IMG/VR virus record: IMGVR_UViG_3300045125_000071
Location: 1 to 64,000 of that record
Length of the DNA stretch: 64,000 bases
Strand: one strand, 5' to 3'
Position numbers and translations under genes: made by a program
Notes under the pieces: generated by a model
Databases searched by the model: none
The model's input: the letters and a program-made list of their open reading frames with translations, nothing else
What the model was told of the DNA's origin: nothing
Part shown: positions 59,222 through 64,000 of the stretch, piece after piece
Numbering within the stretch: the first letter of the stretch is position 1
Layout of the letters: the number at the start of each line of letters is the position of its first letter

Positions 59222-59711
59222 CCAATTAAAAAATAGAATTTTTGATATACCAAAAAATGTTTTAGATTTAATAAATCATACTGTATCAGGTTTAAGCGGG
59301 AAAAGAACATCAGGTATTCAAAGAGCTGAAAAACTTTTATCAGATAAAAAAGTAAATTATGGTCAATTAAAAAGAATTATCCACGATTTACAAAATATGG
59401 ATAAAAATAACCAATTGACAAAATATAATTTAGCTGGTGGTGATACTATGTTAAATTGGGGAAGTAAATTTTTAGATGGTGAAAGAAATTTAATAAGTAA
59501 TAAAAAAGATTCTAAAAAAAGAGCTGATGAAATTTCTGGGTTGTCTGGTGAAAGAAAAAATACACATATAAAAAAACATAAAAAAAGATTTGATTTTAAT
59601 GTAAAACCAAATTTAATAAAAAATTCTTCACATAAATCATCAATAAAGCCAATAATGTCTTTAGGTTTATTTGAAGAAATAAATAAAATAAAAAAATTAA
59701 TACTATACTAA
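59214..59711 (+). CDS. basic hypothetical protein with C-terminal LFEEINKIKKLI motif
   Basis: Intact 165-aa ORF. Confidence 0.65.
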   Translation: MNSQLKNRIFDIPKNVLDLINHTVSGLSGKRTSGIQRAEKLLSDKKVNYGQLKRIIHDLQNMDKNNQLTKYNLAGGDTMLNWGSKFLDGERNLISNKKDSKKRADEISGLSGERKNTHIKKHKKRFDFNVKPNLIKNSSHKSSIKPIMSLGLFEEINKIKKLILY

Positions 59712-59712
59712 T

Positions 59713-60087
59713 ATGACAGAGTTAGAAAAATTAGCGAATCAATATCGCATAGAACATTTGGCGAGAAATGCTTATGACTATAATGACCTTTATAGCTCAA
59801 CAAATAAAAACGCATTATCTGATGGTGATGATAAAGGTAAAGGAGATAACAATGGTAGCGTTGGTTCAAGCGTAGATATTCAAACAAGAATTGAAACTAT
59901 GGCAAAAAATCAATATAAGTCTGAAAATGAATATTCATCAAATAATAAAAATGCTCTTTCAGATGGGGATGAGAAAGGTAAGGGTGATAATAACGGTAAT
60001 GTGGGTGGTTTAACAGATATAAAAACAAGGGTCGAATCGGTTGTGAGAAACAAATACGGCGAAAATAACAAGTATCCTAATTTTTAA
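59713..60087 (+). CDS. hypothetical protein with two and a partial ~47-aa repeats
   Basis: YSSTNKNALSDGDDKGKGDNNGSVG / YSSNNKNALSDGDEKGKGDNNGNVG. Confidence 0.7.
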   Translation: MTELEKLANQYRIEHLARNAYDYNDLYSSTNKNALSDGDDKGKGDNNGSVGSSVDIQTRIETMAKNQYKSENEYSSNNKNALSDGDEKGKGDNNGNVGGLTDIKTRVESVVRNKYGENNKYPNF

Positions 60088-60089
60088 CA

Positions 60090-60808
60090 ATGAATGATAG
60101 TATTCTTTTTCAAATACTGGTTGAACAAAATATTCTTAAAACAACGCAAACTAAACCAATAGTAAATGCTATTAAGAATAAAAGAAAAATCACCTTTGAT
60201 TATTATGGGCCAAGAAAACCAAAAAAGATAGTGTAAGACCTGGAAGAAGAATAAAAGCGGAACCGTATGCTATTGGTTTAAGTAAAAAAGGTAAATTAAT
60301 TATTAGAATGTGGGTTGAACCACCATCAATCTCAAAAAAGGTTTTGCAAAAACCAACTGGAGAACATTTATGGGTGTTAGAATGAGAAATGTTGTAATAA
60401 CAGATGAAACATTTACAGGCGATAGACCAGGTTATAAACAAGGAAATGATAATTCAATGACTGTTACTTATGTTAGTTTAGATAAATCTACACAACCAAA
60501 ACCAGTTAAACAAAAGACACCAATAGAGAAGAAACCCGAAATTAAAAAACCAGTAAAATTACCTACAGCGACAAAACCACCAGTAACAGTTAAAGAACCC
60601 GAAAAATTACCACAACCTAAACCAGAAAAAAACCAGAAGAAATTAAAAAAGAACCTGAGGTTGAAAAACCTGAAGATTTAACTAATAAAGAAAGGAACTA
60701 CCACAACCAAAACCAGAAGATAAACCATCAGATGATGTTTTAGATAATAATTTGAAAGAAGAATTAATAAGAATGAAAGCTTTAATGTTTTCACAAAAAT
60801 TCATATAA
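60090..60808 (+). CDS. stand-alone WYL-domain protein with Pro/Lys-rich tail (frameshifted)
   Basis: NAIKNKRKITFDYYG...R.IKAEPYAIG...GKLIIRMW...WRTF...RMRNVVITDETF. Confidence 0.7.
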
Positions 60809-60821
60809 TTAATAAAAAATT

Positions 60822-61394
60822 ATGTCACAACAGCAAGGTACAATATCACCAAATGAATTAATGACACGTTTGGTACAAGCAAAAAAAGTAATGAATAAAG
60901 TCGAAACAGGTAATTTTGAAAAAGGTCATGTAAATGAACAAATTTTAAAATCAAATCCTGAAGATTTAGTCAATATTCAAAATATCCAACCGTCACAAAA
61001 ACCAGTTGCACATCAATTAAATGCAGATAAAATTAATAGTTCCAAATTACCTGATGCAATTAAAAAAGCGATGATTGAAAATCCAATACCACAAATCACA
61101 TTAAATGATAATATCAATATGGATTTTATTCAGGGTGCTAAAAAATTAATGGAAAAGGAAGGATTATCAAAAAAACCATCACAAAAACTTTATGAAAGTC
61201 AACAGAATTTTTCAAATATTGATATGAGTTCTTTAACCACATTGATTGAAAATACAATTCGTAAAGTGTTGGATGAAAAATTAAATCAAATTTTAACAGC
61301 TCAACAAACAGCAACTATTAATGAAAATTTAGTTCTTAAAGTTGGTGATTCAATATTTAAAGGAAAAATTACTGGCGTAAATAAAGCCAAATAG
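60822..61394 (+). CDS. hypothetical protein
   Basis: Intact 190-aa ORF; KLPDAIKKAMIENPI. Confidence 0.7.
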   Translation: MSQQQGTISPNELMTRLVQAKKVMNKVETGNFEKGHVNEQILKSNPEDLVNIQNIQPSQKPVAHQLNADKINSSKLPDAIKKAMIENPIPQITLNDNINMDFIQGAKKLMEKEGLSKKPSQKLYESQQNFSNIDMSSLTTLIENTIRKVLDEKLNQILTAQQTATINENLVLKVGDSIFKGKITGVNKAK

Positions 61395-61441
61395 TTTATT
61401 TTTTTATTTTTTTACTATTATTTAGACATAATATTATATTA

Positions 61442-62656
61442 ATGTCTAAAATAAAATTATTAGCAATCCCGTCAGATACACACGGCGTAGGTAAGTTTAG
61501 AATTCTTGACCCATTCAAATATATTGGGGATAACTTTTCAGATGATATCCATGTCGATATTATGTTTGATGCACCAGACCTGGATAGTACATTTGATGGT
61601 TATGACATCGTATATTTACATTCTTTTATTCACAAAACATCACACGAGGCTAATGTAAAAAGAATTAAATGGTTAAAATCAAAAGGTATCAAAGTTATTG
61701 TGGATATCGATGATTTATGGTTTGTTGACCAAAGACATCCAATGTATCATCAAGTTATTGCAACAAAAGTACCAGAAAAGAAAATTGAATTACTGAAATT
61801 AGCAGATTATGTAACAACAACAACACCAGTATTCAGTAAAACAATAAAAGATAGATTAAATCTAAAAAATGTAATTATTTTTCCGAATGCAGTAAATGAA
61901 GACGAGGAACAGTTTAAAGTAAACAAAATACCTTCTGAAAAAATTAGATTTGGGTGGCTTGGCGGCAGTAGTCATTTACATGATATTGAATTATTAGAAC
62001 AAGGAATATCAAGCATACATGCATCTTATAAAGATAAAGTTCAATTTGTTCTTTGTGGTTTTGATTTAAGAGGGACGGTAACAGAAATCAAAAAAGAAAC
62101 TGGCGAGCAAGTACAAAGACCAATACAACCACTAGAAACTGTTTGGTTTAAATATGAAAGCATATTCACAGACAAATATAGAACATTAGACCAAGAATAC
62201 AAAACATATTTGTTTAATTTCACAGAAGCACCGTATAATGATACTAATAAACCATATGTTAGAAGATGGACAAAAAACATTAATACATATGCAACGAATT
62301 ACAATCATTTTGATGTTTCATTGGCCCCTCTTGTAGAATCAATGTTTAACGCTAACAAATCACAGTTAAAAGTTATCGAAGCTGGTTTCCATAAAAAAGC
62401 TATTATTGCAAGTGAAACAAATCCTTATACCATAGATTTGGTAAATTCAATAGAAAATGGTATATTTAACAACAAGGGCAATGCGCTTCTTGTTTCATCG
62501 AGAAAAAACCATAAACAATGGGCGCAACATATGAAAAAATTAATCGAAAACCCTTCCATGATTGAAGACCTGGGAAATAGATTATACGAAACAGTAAAAG
62601 ACACATATTCATTAAAAAAGTGTGTAACGATAGAGTTCAATTTTTTAAAACCATAA
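61442..62656 (+). CDS. GT-B fold glycosyltransferase (GT4-like)
   Basis: VIVDIDDLW, ADYVTTTT..F, FPNAVN, RFGWLGG, DVSLAPL...FN..KSQLKVIEAG...IIAS. Confidence 0.85.
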   Translation: MSKIKLLAIPSDTHGVGKFRILDPFKYIGDNFSDDIHVDIMFDAPDLDSTFDGYDIVYLHSFIHKTSHEANVKRIKWLKSKGIKVIVDIDDLWFVDQRHPMYHQVIATKVPEKKIELLKLADYVTTTTPVFSKTIKDRLNLKNVIIFPNAVNEDEEQFKVNKIPSEKIRFGWLGGSSHLHDIELLEQGISSIHASYKDKVQFVLCGFDLRGTVTEIKKETGEQVQRPIQPLETVWFKYESIFTDKYRTLDQEYKTYLFNFTEAPYNDTNKPYVRRWTKNINTYATNYNHFDVSLAPLVESMFNANKSQLKVIEAGFHKKAIIASETNPYTIDLVNSIENGIFNNKGNALLVSSRKNHKQWAQHMKKLIENPSMIEDLGNRLYETVKDTYSLKKCVTIEFNFLKP

Positions 62657-62670
62657 TAAACAAGTAAACT

Positions 62671-62904
62671 ATGCATTATTTAGTAACAATCGGCTACGAA
62701 ACGGAGCAAATGGACAGAAATGGAAATCCAAGACTCCAGAAATTAAAGTATGTTATTGAGGCAGAATCTGTTGAGGAAGCGACAATAATTGCTTCTAAAT
62801 ACAGAGCAGAAGACATTAGGTCATCTGAAAGTATCTCTATTATGAAATTGCCAATAGAGTGTGTTATTGATTCAAAAAATACCCCGCAATACTATAAATC
62901 CTAA
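62671..62904 (+). CDS. DUF4494-like small protein
   Basis: YLVTIGYETEQMDRNGNPRLQKLKYVIEAESVEEA resembles the Bacteroidota DUF4494 N-terminal pattern. Confidence 0.5.
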   Translation: MHYLVTIGYETEQMDRNGNPRLQKLKYVIEAESVEEATIIASKYRAEDIRSSESISIMKLPIECVIDSKNTPQYYKS

Positions 62905-62908
62905 TAAA

Positions 62909-63121
62909 ATGGAATTCTACAACAGAGACATCCAAATTTTACGTCAGTCACAAAGCAAAATGGCTTTGGAATTTGTCACTCACATGGGTTTGACAATCAC
63001 ATTCGCAGAATTACAAAGAATTACCGATGTATTTGTGGAATGTTGTTTACGAGCCCAGGATGATGAATTAAAAGAAAGAATAAAAAAATTAGACGTTTGG
63101 TTAAAAAATAAAAAGATAACA
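62909..63121 (+). CDS. small hypothetical protein (fused to dUTPase in the read, probably a lost stop)
   Basis: MEFYNRDIQILRQSQSK...IKKLDVWLKNKK. Confidence 0.45.
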
Positions 63122-63688
63122 ATGAATAACATAAATTTAGAAGAACTAATCTCAAAATTAAGAGATGTTGAATCATCAATAAATGATGATACTGAGAATA
63201 GTACATCTTTTATGAAAGAATTAGATGACATTATGTTATTTTTAAATCCAAAAAATAACATTGTAAATGTCAATATCAAAAAACTCCATAAAGACGCTGT
63301 AATCCCTTCATACGCTAAAGATGGTGACGCTGGTTTGGATATGACAGCAACTGAAATTATATCAGAAACTGATGAAGATATAACGTATGGAACTGGTCTT
63401 GCTATGGAAATTCCAAGAGGATATGTTGGATTGGTATTTCCAAGGTCATCAATTAGGAAATATCAATTAAAGTTATCCAACTCAGTTGGTGTTATTGATA
63501 GTGATTATAGGGGTGAAATACAAGCAACATTTAAAAAGACAAGTGGATTTTTTAGCAAAGCGTATTTAGCGGGTGAAAGAGTTTGTCAAATTATAATTTT
63601 ACCATATCCACAGATAAAATTTAATGAAGTACAAGAACTTTCTGAAACTAATAGAGGGACTGGGGGTTTTGGAAGTACTGGTTTGTGA
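63122..63688 (+). CDS. dut: trimeric dUTPase
   Basis: All five motifs: AGLDM, PRSS, GVIDSDYRGEI, ERVCQII, RGTGGFGSTG. Confidence 0.95.
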   Translation: MNNINLEELISKLRDVESSINDDTENSTSFMKELDDIMLFLNPKNNIVNVNIKKLHKDAVIPSYAKDGDAGLDMTATEIISETDEDITYGTGLAMEIPRGYVGLVFPRSSIRKYQLKLSNSVGVIDSDYRGEIQATFKKTSGFFSKAYLAGERVCQIIILPYPQIKFNEVQELSETNRGTGGFGSTGL

Positions 63689-63728
63689 TATTTAATAATA
63701 TAATAAGTTATATTAAATTTTTAATTTC

Positions 63729-64000
63729 TTGAGAACAAAAACTAGGGTAGTTTCAGCGGAAGAAGAAAAAAGAACACCAAATAAAGAAAGAATTAGAGAA
63801 ATCATAAAAAAACCAAAAGAAAAGTTTTTAACAAAATCTCAAAAAGATTATTGGGATATTTTGGGTGAAAATGAAATAACAATTTGTATTGGACCAGCAG
63901 GAGTCGGAAAATCATATATTGCAATGAAAAAAGCAATTGATTTATTGCATGATGATAAAAACAAATATGAAAAGATTATCATTGTTAGGCCAGCAGTAGA
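63729..64000 (+). CDS. phoH: PhoH-family ATPase (5' part, truncated by window end)
   Basis: TTG start; TKSQKDY, ICIGPAGVGKSYIA, KIIIVRPAV. Confidence 0.9.
   Translation, partial: MRTKTRVVSAEEEKRTPNKERIREIIKKPKEKFLTKSQKDYWDILGENEITICIGPAGVGKSYIAMKKAIDLLHDDKNKYEKIIIVRPAV

Noticed and set aside
173-60808. Stop-codon reassignment or mass pseudogenisation to explain fragmented ORFs
   Set aside because: In the cases traced, the protein continues in a different frame at single-base indels rather than through in-frame TAG/TGA. TGA ends recA, dut and other genes. Essential genes (sheath, polB, helicase) are hit like the rest, as expected for read error.
736-63279. Antisense ORFs in the track (e.g. 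8299-8586, 8815-9078, 13390-13623, 16302-16622, 17829-18131, 19521-19925, 23158-23499, 36286-36705, 51640-52056, 53841-54206, 62980-63279)
   Set aside because: They lie wholly opposite well-supported genes and have no recognisable motifs; shadow ORFs.
62861-63688. 275-aa dUTPase with a novel N-terminal domain
   Set aside because: An internal ATG at 63122 follows an A-run where a stop is easily lost; more likely two genes joined by read error.
1-64000. tRNA, tmRNA or rRNA genes
   Set aside because: No cloverleaf or T-loop (GTTCRA) context or rRNA-length GC-rich tract was found by eye; tRNAscan-SE or Aragorn would be definitive.

Overview
A 64-kb, very AT-rich segment of a large lytic myovirus with a T4-like gene repertoire, probably infecting a Bacteroidota host (inference). 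It looks like the 5' end of a raw or barely polished Oxford Nanopore read: bases ~1-80 match my recollection of the Rapid-kit adapter, and dozens of genes are broken by single-base indels, often in homopolymers. These breaks are treated as sequencing errors, and joined gene coordinates are approximate. Order: baseplate/virion genes (1-10.5 kb); an accessory island with HldD, the HldE kinase domain, an ADP-ribosyltransferase-like protein, a PlcP/LpxH2-like phosphoesterase and a GT2 (10.5-14.4 kb); a replication block with class II RNR plus a Gln-ending intein, DnaB-like helicase, 5'-3' exonuclease, RecA-like and gp32-like SSB (14.4-22.5 kb); ferritin-like and head-associated proteins; a giant baseplate hub, tape measure, tail chaperone with a probable programmed frameshift, tube and sheath (23.8-41.9 kb), with a 190-bp TACTA palindromic island between sheath and tube; neck genes, a GIY-YIG endonuclease, an SNF2 helicase and family-B DNA polymerase (42-51 kb); Thr-Pro-rich and modular fibre genes with a holin/spanin-like pair (51-58.4 kb); then putative head-cargo proteins including a WYL protein, a GT4-like enzyme, dUTPase and PhoH. 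A TATTTAT motif precedes at least 18 mostly structural genes. No tRNA, rRNA or CRISPR array was seen. Family assignments come from motif recognition by eye, not database searches.
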